Of a stretch of DNA of 32,000 nt, positions 16,882-25,516 are shown piece by piece. Where the stretch lies: contig CP113000.1 of NCBI GenBank assembly GCA_026625185.1, forward strand, positions 2,592,651-2,624,650, read 5' to 3'. The translations under genes were made by a program, and so were the position numbers. The stretch is from Thermodesulfobacteriota bacterium. Its GTDB lineage: Bacteria; Desulfobacterota; WTBG01; JAGOGO01. How positions within the stretch are numbered: position 1 is the first letter of the stretch; each line of letters starts with the position of its first letter. Below the pieces are notes generated by a model. That model was not told the origin of the DNA, searched no databases, and saw only the letters and a list, made by a program, of their open reading frames with translations.

Positions 16882-17030
16882 GTCATTCCCGTGAAAACGG
16901 GAATCCAGAGGGTGGGTATCAGGGACCAATAAAAAAAGTCCTCGTTCGCTTTGCCTTACTTTCTTGATTCCGCATCAAGTGCGGAATGACAGAATTTAAA
17001 ATCTTTTATCCCCCGCTGCTTGCAGCGGGG
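16882..17030. repeat. Three tandem stem-loops between convergent hisS and gltX
   Basis: Three hairpins are present. ATTCCCGT-gaaa-ACGGGAAT lies at 16885-16904 and is preceded by GTC. ATTCCGCA-tcaag-TGCGGAAT lies at 16967-16987 and is followed by GAC. CCCCGCTG-cttg-CAGCGGGG lies at 17011-17030, 8 nt beyond the gltX stop, and is followed on the minus strand by an A/T-rich run. That last hairpin is a possible gltX terminator. Confidence 0.6.
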
Positions 17031-17037
17031 TAGTTCA

Positions 17038-18516
17038 TTATGAAGCCCCGGCCACCTTTTCGGTCCCCAACCTCCTTATCGCCTCCTCAACGCGTTTGAT
17101 GGTCTCCTCCTTACCCAGAAGATACGCGATCTCGATAAAACCACCTGGAGTGGATTGCTTACCGGAAAGGGCAATTCTTAACGGCCAGAGCAGTTGGCCG
17201 GTCTTAATTTTTAACTGATCGATGAGTTCAAAAACTGCGGTATGGATGTGTTCTTCATTCCAGATGTCAATGGTGTTTAAAACCGGTAACGCGGATTTCA
17301 GGAATTGGATCGCGGTCGCCGGGGTGCTTTTCATTTTCTGGTGAGCATACAGATCGAGGCGATAGTCTGGAACAGAATCAATAAAATCTATCTGTCCGGG
17401 AATATCAATTAATTTTTCAACTCGTGGTTGGAGCAACCGGCTTACCTTCCGCACATCTATTGGCGTAAGGTATGATGCCTGCTTGATATAGGGTAAGGCC
17501 ATCTGATGAAATTCATCCAAGGAAAGTTTTCTGATATACTCACCGTTCAGCCAATTCAGCTTGACTTCATCAAAAATAGCCGGCGCTTTGTTGATATTGT
17601 TTATGTCAAAAGCGTTAACCAACTCAGGTAAGGTAAATATCTCGCGGTTATCTCCAGGGCTCCACCCCAGCAGAGCAATATAGTTAATAATAGCGTCTTT
17701 CAAGTACCCTTTCTTGATAAAATCATCATACGACGCGTCTCCCAACCGTTTGCTCATCTTTTGTCCCGCGGCTTTCATGACCGGCGGAACATGCACGAGG
17801 GTTGGTATCTCCCAGCCCAACGCTCTATATAACTGGTTGTACTTTGGGGTTGAAATGAGAAACTCACTTCCGCGTATGATATGGGTAATCTCCATCAAAT
17901 GGTCATCAATGACATTGGCAAAATTATAGGTGGGAAGTCCGTCGGCTTTCATAAGAACCTGGTCGTCGAGCTGCGCAAAATCCACTTTTATAGTTCCAAA
18001 GACCTTATCATCGAATATCGTATCGCCGGAGGCGGGCATTTTTTGCCGGATGACAAAAGGTTTTTTGGCTTCCAGGTTTTTTTGAATTTCCTCGGGAGGT
18101 AATTTCCGGCAATGCCCGTCATATTTAGGATCAATTTTGGCTATTCGGCATTCTTCCCGTATTTTATCGAGCCGTTCTTTATCGCAAAAACAATAGTAGG
18201 CATCATTGGTTGTGATCAACCGGTGAGCATATTCCCGGTATATCTCCTGTCGCTGGCTTTGAACATACGGACCGTAATCGCCTCCGACATCCGGGCCTTC
18301 GTCATACCTCAGGCCGGTTTCCTTGAGGATGTGGCAGATCATCTCAACCGCTCCTTCCACGTAGCGGGTCTGGTCGGTATCTTCGATCCTCAGAATAAAA
18401 ACACCCCCCGCTTTTTTGGCCAGCAAATAAGAATACAGAGCGGTTCTCAAATTCCCCACGTGCATAAAACCGGTGGGGCTGGGAGCAAAGCGAGTTCGTA
18501 CTTTTTTTGAATTCAT
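17038..18516 (-). CDS. gltX: Glutamate--tRNA ligase
   Basis: The track ORF is 17038..18579. I place the real start at ATG 18516 (MNSKKVRTRFAPSPTGFMHVGNLRTALY), because the upstream 21 codons (MVGATGRSPLL..) are read through a GC-rich palindrome. The KMSKR motif is present (QKMSKRLGD). Confidence 0.95.
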   Translation of the reverse strand: MNSKKVRTRFAPSPTGFMHVGNLRTALYSYLLAKKAGGVFILRIEDTDQTRYVEGAVEMICHILKETGLRYDEGPDVGGDYGPYVQSQRQEIYREYAHRLITTNDAYYCFCDKERLDKIREECRIAKIDPKYDGHCRKLPPEEIQKNLEAKKPFVIRQKMPASGDTIFDDKVFGTIKVDFAQLDDQVLMKADGLPTYNFANVIDDHLMEITHIIRGSEFLISTPKYNQLYRALGWEIPTLVHVPPVMKAAGQKMSKRLGDASYDDFIKKGYLKDAIINYIALLGWSPGDNREIFTLPELVNAFDINNINKAPAIFDEVKLNWLNGEYIRKLSLDEFHQMALPYIKQASYLTPIDVRKVSRLLQPRVEKLIDIPGQIDFIDSVPDYRLDLYAHQKMKSTPATAIQFLKSALPVLNTIDIWNEEHIHTAVFELIDQLKIKTGQLLWPLRIALSGKQSTPGGFIEIAYLLGKEETIKRVEEAIRRLGTEKVAGAS

Positions 18517-18548
18517 GGTTGCCTTATGTGTGAGTATCAGGTGATTCA

Positions 18549-18576
18549 GTAGGGGCGACCGGCCGGTTGCCCCTAC
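18549..18576. repeat. GC-rich palindromic (REP-like) element GTAGGGGC-N12-GCCCCTAC
   Basis: GTAGGGGCGACCGGCCGGTTGCCCCTAC is a 28-nt near-perfect palindrome in the glnS-gltX spacer. It has the same outer arms as the element at 20481-20508. Confidence 0.6.
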
Positions 18577-18622
18577 CATTTTTATCCTAAATTTCTGTTT
18601 GTTAAAAATGTTGCATTGTGAC

Positions 18623-20335
18623 TCATTTTCCCTGGGCTTTCTCTATTTTGGCCCAAGTGTCCCGCAAGGAGACGGTGCGGTTAAAGACCAATTTTCCCGG
18701 AGCTGAATCCACGGAATCAACACAAAAATAACCGAGTCGCTCAAATTGGTATCGGCTTCCGGGCACGGCATCAGCGAGACTTGGCTCAATCCGGCATGAC
18801 GTCAGGGTCTCTAAAGATTTGGGGTTTACATGATCTCTGAAGTCAGAACTATCTTTCGCATCATCCGGATTTGGTTTTACAAAGAGCCGGTCATAGAGGC
18901 GAACTTCCGCTTCTATCGCATGAGCGGCAGATACCCAATGGATGGTTCCCTTGACCATTCGGCTGGATTGTGGTGAGCCGCTTTTCGTTTCCGGATCATA
19001 GGTGCAGTGAATCTCGATTATCTCACCCGTCTTATCATCTTTAATCACGTTTTCACACTTGATAATGTAAGCGTACCGCAGGCGCACTTCCTGTCCAGGA
19101 GCCAGACGGAAAAATTTTTTGGGCGGATCCTCACGAAAATCATCCTGCTCAATGTAGAGCGCCCGGGAAAAAGGAACGGTACGCGAGCCCGTACTCAGGT
19201 CTTCAGGGTTATTGATTGCCTCCATTTGTTCCACCTGGCTCTCGGGATAGTTCGTGATGATCACTCGGAGCGGTCTCAATACCACCATCACCCGCGGGGA
19301 CCGCAGATTCAGATTTTCCCGGAGGCAGTATTCTAAAAGAGCAATGTCCACAATGGAATTGCTCTTGGCAACCCCAATGCGCTCACAAAAGACTCTGATC
19401 GCTTCCGGAGTGTAGCCCCGCCGCCGCAGACCCGCTATGGTAGGCATCCGGGGATCATCCCATCCGGAAACGTATTTTTCCTGCACTAATTGCAAAAGCT
19501 TGCGTTTGCTCATCACCGTGTACGTAAGATTGAGGCGGGCAAATTCAATCTGCCGGGGGTGATGGATAGCGAGCGCATCGATATACCAGTCATACAAAGG
19601 CCGATGGTCTTCGAATTCGAGGGTGCAAATAGAATGGGTTATTCCTTCGAGAGAGTCTGATTGGCCATGGGTAAAATCATACATCGGATAAATACACCAT
19701 TTGTCTCCAGTCCGGTGATGGGTTGCGTGAAGTATACGGTACATGACCGGGTCGCGCATATTGACATTGGGAGAGGTCATATCAATTTTTGCCCGAAGCA
19801 CATGGGTGCCATCTTCGAATTCGCCTGCCCTCATCCGCTCAAACAGGTTTAAATTTTCTTCCCGGGAACGATTTCGAAAAGGGCTATCTTTGCCGGGCTG
19901 GGTCAGTGTTCCCCGGTGTTTCCTGATTTCCTCTGCGCTTAAGCTGTCAACATAAGCCTTTCCTTCTTTGATTAACCGAACCGCCCATTGGTAAAGCTGC
20001 TCAAAATAGTCAGAAGCATAATAAAGCCGGTCACCCCAGTCAAAACCAAGCCAGCGCACGTCCTCCATAATCGAATTTACGTATTCTTCTTCTTCTTTGT
20101 TTGGATTGGTATCGTCAAACCGCAGATTGCAAAGCCCCTGGTATTCAGCGGCAATGCCGAAGTTAAGGCAGATGGATTTCGCGTGGCCAATATGCAGATA
20201 GCCATTGGGCTCCGGAGGAAACCGGGTATTAACCCGGCCCCCGTTTTTGTTGTTTTTTAAATCCTCGTCAATTATATTTTTGATAAAGTTGGATGGACCT
20301 GGAGATTCCGTCTTGTCAGCAGGAGGCGTTTTCAT
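18623..20335 (-). CDS. glnS: Glutamine--tRNA ligase
   Basis: ORF track, 570 aa. It reads [33 protein letters not shown] (the class I HIGH region of GlnRS), has VMSKRKL, and has the long C-terminal beta-barrel anticodon-binding region typical of GlnRS. Confidence 0.95.
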   Translation of the reverse strand: MKTPPADKTESPGPSNFIKNIIDEDLKNNKNGGRVNTRFPPEPNGYLHIGHAKSICLNFGIAAEYQGLCNLRFDDTNPNKEEEEYVNSIMEDVRWLGFDWGDRLYYASDYFEQLYQWAVRLIKEGKAYVDSLSAEEIRKHRGTLTQPGKDSPFRNRSREENLNLFERMRAGEFEDGTHVLRAKIDMTSPNVNMRDPVMYRILHATHHRTGDKWCIYPMYDFTHGQSDSLEGITHSICTLEFEDHRPLYDWYIDALAIHHPRQIEFARLNLTYTVMSKRKLLQLVQEKYVSGWDDPRMPTIAGLRRRGYTPEAIRVFCERIGVAKSNSIVDIALLEYCLRENLNLRSPRVMVVLRPLRVIITNYPESQVEQMEAINNPEDLSTGSRTVPFSRALYIEQDDFREDPPKKFFRLAPGQEVRLRYAYIIKCENVIKDDKTGEIIEIHCTYDPETKSGSPQSSRMVKGTIHWVSAAHAIEAEVRLYDRLFVKPNPDDAKDSSDFRDHVNPKSLETLTSCRIEPSLADAVPGSRYQFERLGYFCVDSVDSAPGKLVFNRTVSLRDTWAKIEKAQGK

Positions 20336-20480
20336 GGGTTTCTTCTTTATGTTTACAAGGTTATGGTAAGCTCGTGCTTTTGAGACAACACGAAAGAATT
20401 AATAAAAAATAAAATCTATCATAAAAAATCCTGGTTATAAAGAAATTCTTGGAAGTCTGAACGAGTGTCTTAACAGGTTG

Positions 20481-20508
20481 GTAGGTGCCCGGCGCGCCCT
20501 GCCCCTAC
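20481..20508. repeat. GC-rich palindromic (REP-like) element, imperfect copy
   Basis: GTAGGTGCCCGGCGCGCCCTGCCCCTAC has outer arms GTAGGTGC/GCCCCTAC with one mismatch. It lies in the spacer between the J-protein gene stop and the glnS start. Confidence 0.5.
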
Positions 20509-20543
20509 GTTACCAAGGTGGTTGAAAAGGGGTGGAGTGAAAT

Positions 20544-21512
20544 TTATAACCCTTCCGCTGCCAGGTTTTCGATAAGCTCTCGTTGTTTTTTGGTAAGATT
20601 TTTTGGCGTCCCAAGCGCTATTTTTACATAAAGGTCCCCCTTGTCACCCTTTTCCATGTTTGGCATACCAAAACCTTTGAGCCGAATCTTGGTGTTGCCC
20701 TGGGTTCCTGGGGGAACCTTTACTGTTTTATTACCGTCTAATGTGGGAACCTCAATCGTCGTTCCCAAAACCGCTTCAGTAAACTTTATCTTCTTTTCAA
20801 CCGAGAGATTATCACCATCTCTTTGAAAGATCGGGTCATTCAGTACCTCAACCTTTAAATAGAGATCACCTGGAGGACCGCCAAAAGAATTCGGTGAACC
20901 TTTTCCAGCTAAACGAAGTTTTTTACCGGTCCCTATACCTGGAGGTGTTTTAACCGTTATTTCTTTAACTGCACCGTGAATCTGATAGGTAACGTTCTTT
21001 TTGGTTCCAAAAGCCGCCTCTCTTAAAGTGAGTTGCAAAGGCGCAACTATATCGTTGTTAGGCGTTTTACCGGATTGATGCGAACGAAAACCTTCCTGGC
21101 CGCTAAAAATGGTTTCAAAATTGCCCCCTCCGGGTCTTTGTGAGTAACCGCCTCTGGTTCGGGTTTGGTATCGTTTATTGTCGTGACCAAAAATAGTGGT
21201 GAAAAAATCGCCACTCCCAAATCCGAGGTCTTTAAAGAGGTCTCCGAGGTCAAACCCTCTAAAAATATCTTCCTGGGAGTAGCGTTGATGGAACCCAGCC
21301 GCGCCGAATTGGTCATACTGGGCGCGTTTTTGTTTATCGCTCAAGACCGCATAGGCTTCGCTGATTGTCTTGAATTTCTCTTCAGCGTCCTTACTTTTAT
21401 TCCGATCGGGATGAAATTGAAGCGCGAGCTTCCGGTAGGCCTTTTTTATTTCCTCTTCAGTAGCGTTTTTTTTAACGCCTAAGACTTCATAGTAGTCTCT
21501 TTTACCAGCCAT
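20544..21512 (-). CDS. CbpA-like J-domain co-chaperone (DnaJ family without zinc-finger domain)
   Basis: ORF track, 322 aa. The J domain is [34 protein letters not shown], with HPD. A G/F-rich linker and two DnaJ C-terminal beta-domains follow. There is no CxxCxGxG zinc-finger repeat. Confidence 0.85.
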   Translation of the reverse strand: MAGKRDYYEVLGVKKNATEEEIKKAYRKLALQFHPDRNKSKDAEEKFKTISEAYAVLSDKQKRAQYDQFGAAGFHQRYSQEDIFRGFDLGDLFKDLGFGSGDFFTTIFGHDNKRYQTRTRGGYSQRPGGGNFETIFSGQEGFRSHQSGKTPNNDIVAPLQLTLREAAFGTKKNVTYQIHGAVKEITVKTPPGIGTGKKLRLAGKGSPNSFGGPPGDLYLKVEVLNDPIFQRDGDNLSVEKKIKFTEAVLGTTIEVPTLDGNKTVKVPPGTQGNTKIRLKGFGMPNMEKGDKGDLYVKIALGTPKNLTKKQRELIENLAAEGL

Positions 21513-21538
21513 AGCGCTCTATGCCTTTGCTGCATTTA

Positions 21539-23299
21539 TTACTCATAAGATTTCCGGACAAGCGAGTTCAGGTACTCCTCGGGGTTTTGAAGTGCCTCTT
21601 GGTGAATAACAAAGCTTTTTGTTCCGGTCTTTTCCTTGACCAATTTTAATCCGTACTCGTAATTTTTACAAGTAGTTTGACAGATCTCCCAGGGATCTTT
21701 ATTTTCTTTTATTGATTTTTGGATTATCCCATTGAGAGCATCATCAGCAAAGATGATTTCTAATTCATGGGTGGCTAAAAAATTTGTCTCAAAGCTTTTA
21801 ACCCGTTGCCTGATTCTGATTGCTTCTTGATAAGCAGCGCCAACGGATATTCCGTTTTCCATAACCCAATGGGTTATAAGGTCAATGATCTCTTCGTCTA
21901 AAGGAACGCCGTACCGATTTAAGAACTCTTTTTTCCTAGCCAGAATAGACTCTTTAAGTTTTTGCGCTTCTTCTTGTGCGAGTTTTTGAAAGGTTTCTTC
22001 ACGTTCTTTATTTTTCGGGTCCTGTAAAATCTTTTTGAGTTCGGCCGAAGGCGAATTTACCAGCTCAGGGTTGACTACCAAATGTTTTATGGTGGTGGAA
22101 GGGAGTTTTTTCTCAAACGAAAGGAGCGCCCTCTCAAGAGCGCTTATCAGCCCCCGTGCTCCGGTCTTTTCTTGACAGGCGTCTTGAGCAATTTTGTACA
22201 AAGCTTCATCTTCGAACTTTATATCAATCCCATAGGCCTTAAAATCCTTTTTCTTTCCTAAGATAATCGGGTTATTGATATTTCTCAAAATCTCATAAAG
22301 GTCAGAAACATCGAGTTTTTCAAGCACCACGGCCACTGGAAGCCGACCGATAAACTCGGATTCAAAACCATAGTTGATTAAATCTTCTGATTTCACGAAA
22401 GGTAGTAAGGCTTCTTCATCATTTTTGGATCTAATTTCTGCCCCAAAGCCGATTCCTTGACGGTTGAGTCGTTTTTTAATGATTTCTTCCAGTCCATTGA
22501 ACGCTCCGCTCATGATAAAAAGGATATTTTTGGTGTTTACCTTTTGTTTATTTCTTTCACCGGTTTTTCGATAGTGTTCCAGAGCCTCCATTTGGGAGAC
22601 AATGTCATGGGGAACTTTAAGTTCGACCTCGGTTTCTTCCATGGGTTTTAAGAGCGCTCTTTGGACGCCGGTGCGCGAGACATCCGGGCCAACCAAATTA
22701 TTGCTGGAAGCAATTTTGTCAACTTCATCTAAATAAATTATCCCATATTGGGCAAGTTCTATGTCTCCATTGGCTTCAGTAACTAAATCCCGCACCAGAT
22801 CATCCACATCTCCGCCCACGTACCCGGTTTCGCTGAATTTTGTGGCGTCTCCTTTTACAAAAGGAACCCCGATTTTTTTTGCAATCAGCTTGATAAGGTA
22901 AGTTTTTCCAACGCCGGTAGGACCGATCATAATGATGTTGTTTTTGATGCTTCCCACCTGGGTGTCTTCGGACAGCCGTTTGGTGTTTTCCGAAAACCTG
23001 ATCCGATGAAAATGGGTGCAAATTTTTGTCGCTAAAACTTCCTTGGCTTTCTTTTGTTTGATGATATATTCATCAAGAAAAGCTTCTAATTCCTCGGGTT
23101 TTAGATCAAAATTAATTTTAGAAGCCCCGGATTTGGTTTCTTTCTCGGGCTCTTCTTTCATTTTAGCAGGATCGGGTTCAGGACCAAAAGAGGGAGTCAT
23201 TCCGAATTTGAGCTGCTTACCATATTTTTTGTTCAAATAATCATTGATCTCTTTTTCCAGTTCTTTTGCACTGGGAAATTTTTCGTCTGTTATTTCCAT
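21539..23299 (-). CDS. ClpX/HslU-family AAA+ unfoldase paralog lacking the N-terminal zinc-binding domain, with a ~165-aa C-terminal extension
   Basis: ORF track, 586 aa. Motifs: Walker A GPTGVGKT; pore loop ETGYVGGD; Walker B IIYLDEVDKI; VSRTGVQRALLKPMEE; ILFIMSGAFNGLEEIIKKRL; GIGFGAE (an IGF-type loop); EFIGRLPV; sensor-2 TGARGL. Residues 1-90 contain no cysteine. Residues ~420-586 have no counterpart in canonical ~420-aa ClpX. Confidence 0.8.
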   Translation of the reverse strand: MEITDEKFPSAKELEKEINDYLNKKYGKQLKFGMTPSFGPEPDPAKMKEEPEKETKSGASKINFDLKPEELEAFLDEYIIKQKKAKEVLATKICTHFHRIRFSENTKRLSEDTQVGSIKNNIIMIGPTGVGKTYLIKLIAKKIGVPFVKGDATKFSETGYVGGDVDDLVRDLVTEANGDIELAQYGIIYLDEVDKIASSNNLVGPDVSRTGVQRALLKPMEETEVELKVPHDIVSQMEALEHYRKTGERNKQKVNTKNILFIMSGAFNGLEEIIKKRLNRQGIGFGAEIRSKNDEEALLPFVKSEDLINYGFESEFIGRLPVAVVLEKLDVSDLYEILRNINNPIILGKKKDFKAYGIDIKFEDEALYKIAQDACQEKTGARGLISALERALLSFEKKLPSTTIKHLVVNPELVNSPSAELKKILQDPKNKEREETFQKLAQEEAQKLKESILARKKEFLNRYGVPLDEEIIDLITHWVMENGISVGAAYQEAIRIRQRVKSFETNFLATHELEIIFADDALNGIIQKSIKENKDPWEICQTTCKNYEYGLKLVKEKTGTKSFVIHQEALQNPEEYLNSLVRKSYE

Positions 23300-23470
23300 G
23301 TGTTAGTTTAACCTGCAATAATTTATGGGAAATTGAAGTTATTCCAAATATTAGAACCTCTTTTATGGAAGTTAACCACAAATAATGCAAAGTCAAATTT
23401 TTTGTTTGAATAATACCATGAGGAAAAGACAGCGACAAAATAACAGGGAACGCGAAAGTGAGGTAAAAAA

Positions 23471-24676
23471 ATGAAAAGATTTTTAATAACCTTTAGTTTG
23501 GCGATTGTTTTATTTGTTTTTCTGGGGAATGGATGCAGGTTTATTTTTAAAAAGCCGGAAAAAGAAAAGGTTTCTTTGGTTCCCGTTTCAGCAAAACACC
23601 TGCCGGCTTTTACGGATGACCTTAATGGAAGGGATCTCAAGGAAGCGGTAGGTTTACAGATTGAAAAATTAAAAAAAGGAAACTTAGGCCATTCAGTAAA
23701 ATTCGGCGAGATGCTGATAACTCGGGAAAGGGTTCTTAAAACATTAGAATGCTTTTATACGTTGTTGGAGAAAAACGACACTGACTTTTTGGATGAGATT
23801 CCGAAGAAATTCATCGTATTTCAGGCTGCGGGTATTAATCGGAAGGGAGATGTGCTTTTTACTGGGTATTATCAACCGGTTTTGGATGCGCGCACTAAAG
23901 CAGAAGGGGAATATCAATACCCTCTTTATCGAATTCCTGGTGACCTCCAGGTGATTGATTTAGGGGAGTTAAATCCTAAATATGCCGGAGAAAAGATCGG
24001 GCTTCGGGTTGATGAAGGGAAGATAAAGCCGTATTTTGACCGGCAGGCGATTGATAAAGGGTTGATGCTCCAAGGAAAGGGATTGGAGTTGGTTTTTCTC
24101 AAAGATTTTATGGATCGCTATATGCTCCAGGTCCAAGGCTCAGGGGTGATGAAGGTAGAAAATGGGAAAGAAATCAAGGTGCGGTATGCAGCCAGCAACT
24201 GTTTTCCCTATACTTCGCTCCGGGAAATTCTGGTTGATACGAAGAAATTAAGTCGTGATAAAGGCTCACTAAAAGAAATCCGCGACTACTTCACCAAAAA
24301 CCCCGAGGAATTAAAAGAGTATTTATACCAGAATCGGCGCTACATCTTTTTTGAGGAGTATACGGGTAATGTAAGAGGTTCGGAAGAAGTTGACCTTACT
24401 GCGGGCAGATCAATCGCTACTGACAAGACTCTTTTTCCAGGAGGGGGGTTAGCGTTTATCCAAAGCCGGAAGCCGATACTTAATGCTCAGGGGGAGGTCA
24501 TAAAATGGGAACCGATGCTCCGTTTTATGGTTGATCAGGATGCCGGAGCAGCGATTAAAGGTCCAGGGAGAGTAGATATTTTCTGGGGAACCGGAAAAGA
24601 GGCGGGAGACCTTGCCGGGAGCATTAAGGAAAAAGGGAAATTATTTTATTTATTAATTAAAGAAGACAAAAAATAA
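23471..24676 (+). CDS. mltA: Murein transglycosylase A (lipoprotein-type signal)
   Basis: ORF track, 401 aa. The signal/lipobox-like N terminus is LAIVLFVFLGNGC. The MltA core reads FTGYYQPVLDAR..YPLYRIP. The 3D-domain end reads GRSIATDKTLFPGGGLAFI..DQDAGAAIKGPGRVDIFWGTG. Confidence 0.9.
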   Translation: MKRFLITFSLAIVLFVFLGNGCRFIFKKPEKEKVSLVPVSAKHLPAFTDDLNGRDLKEAVGLQIEKLKKGNLGHSVKFGEMLITRERVLKTLECFYTLLEKNDTDFLDEIPKKFIVFQAAGINRKGDVLFTGYYQPVLDARTKAEGEYQYPLYRIPGDLQVIDLGELNPKYAGEKIGLRVDEGKIKPYFDRQAIDKGLMLQGKGLELVFLKDFMDRYMLQVQGSGVMKVENGKEIKVRYAASNCFPYTSLREILVDTKKLSRDKGSLKEIRDYFTKNPEELKEYLYQNRRYIFFEEYTGNVRGSEEVDLTAGRSIATDKTLFPGGGLAFIQSRKPILNAQGEVIKWEPMLRFMVDQDAGAAIKGPGRVDIFWGTGKEAGDLAGSIKEKGKLFYLLIKEDKK

Positions 24677-24680
24677 AATT

Positions 24681-24715
24681 GTAGCGACTGTATTGACTCT
24701 CAATACAGTCGCTAC
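24681..24715 (+). terminator. Perfect 16-bp stem / 3-nt loop hairpin 5 nt after the mltA stop
   Basis: GTAGCGACTGTATTGA-ctc-TCAATACAGTCGCTAC. No T-tract follows, so its function (terminator, RNA stabiliser or REP-like element) is uncertain. Confidence 0.5.
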
Positions 24716-24758
24716 GACTAGAGGTCTAATTGATATTGCAAGGGAAGGGGGTTAATAA

Positions 24759-25382
24759 ATGAATATCCTCCAAATCAAAAAAGGCGAATCTGGTTATCCT
24801 TTGGTTTTAGCAAAATACCTGGGAAACCAGGCGCCGGAATCTATTTCTGTCATCGGTGATTTTAACATTCTCAATCATCAAAAGCTGGCTATATTTTGTT
24901 CGGTCAAGTGTCCCGGCAATCTTATTCTCCAAACGTATGACCTTGCTCAAAAGTTACGGGAAGACGGGATTACGGTCATCAGTGGTTTTCATTCGCCTAT
25001 TGAACAGGAGTGTTTGAGACTTTTGTTGCGGGGCGAACAGCCGATTATCCTTTGCCTTGCCCGAAGCATTGAAGGGCTACGGATTCGGCGTGAATACCGA
25101 GGGCCGCTCGCAGAGGGAAGATTGTTGATTTTGTCACCTTTTACTGCAAACCAGCCCCGGCCAACAGTTGCTATGTCACTTTACCGGAATTATTTTGTGG
25201 CAGCTTTGTCTAACCGCATTTTTGTACCCTATGCCGCCCCTTCAAGTAAAACCGAAAATTTTTGTAACGAAATCCTTACATGCCAAAAGCTCTTGTACAC
25301 CTTTGAAAACGATTTCAACCAAAACTTGATTTTCCGAGGCGCTCATCCAATAAGTCTAGAAAAGTTTTCAGCTTTCAGTTAA
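24759..25382 (+). CDS. Minimal DprA/Smf-like (SLOG/Rossmann-fold) protein, 207 aa
   Basis: ORF track, ATG with a GGGGG SD. It is colinear with the DprA Rossmann core: YP..L..LG..AP, KLAIFCSVKCPG, GITVISGFHSPIEQECLRLLLRGEQPIILCLARSI, GRLLILSPF...RP, YRNYFVAALSNRIFVPYAAPSSKTE. It lacks the N-terminal SAM-like and C-terminal winged-helix domains of canonical DprA. The canonical SG(L/G)AxGID motif is replaced by SGFHSPIE. Confidence 0.6.
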   Translation: MNILQIKKGESGYPLVLAKYLGNQAPESISVIGDFNILNHQKLAIFCSVKCPGNLILQTYDLAQKLREDGITVISGFHSPIEQECLRLLLRGEQPIILCLARSIEGLRIRREYRGPLAEGRLLILSPFTANQPRPTVAMSLYRNYFVAALSNRIFVPYAAPSSKTENFCNEILTCQKLLYTFENDFNQNLIFRGAHPISLEKFSAFS

Positions 25383-25516
25383 AAAAATCCATCGTAGGTT
25401 TTATTTATGCAAAAAAAGCTTTAAAATTTAGTTGTTATAGCAAAAATATAATTTTTTGGTTTATGTTTTTGACGGGCAAGAAAAGATTAAATATTGGGAA
25501 GAGCATGAAGCTATAA

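Noticed and set aside
18517-18579. N-terminal extensions in the longest-ORF calls: gltX (MVGATGRSPLL..), lpxC (6349-6393), DUF4390 (5263-5304, TTG start) and the receiver (27162-27224).
   Set aside because: Alignment logic places the true starts at internal ATGs, some with SD sequences (lpxC) and all with canonical family N termini or a signal peptide. The gltX extension is translation through a GC-rich palindrome, and the lpxC extension overlaps the sigma-54-like promoter.
19366-19380. TGGCAA-CCCCA-ATGC with the correct GG-N10-GC spacing.
   Set aside because: It lies inside glnS on the antisense strand, has ATGC instead of TTGC, and has no downstream plus-strand gene. I treat it as a chance match.
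23241-23640. Two minus-strand ORFs (65 and 105 aa) in and around the divergent promoter region between the ClpX-like gene and mltA.
   Set aside because: Together they span the ClpX-like/mltA divergent promoter spacer, each overlapping one of the two real genes out of frame or antisense. The sequences are low-complexity with no SD and no recognisable motifs.
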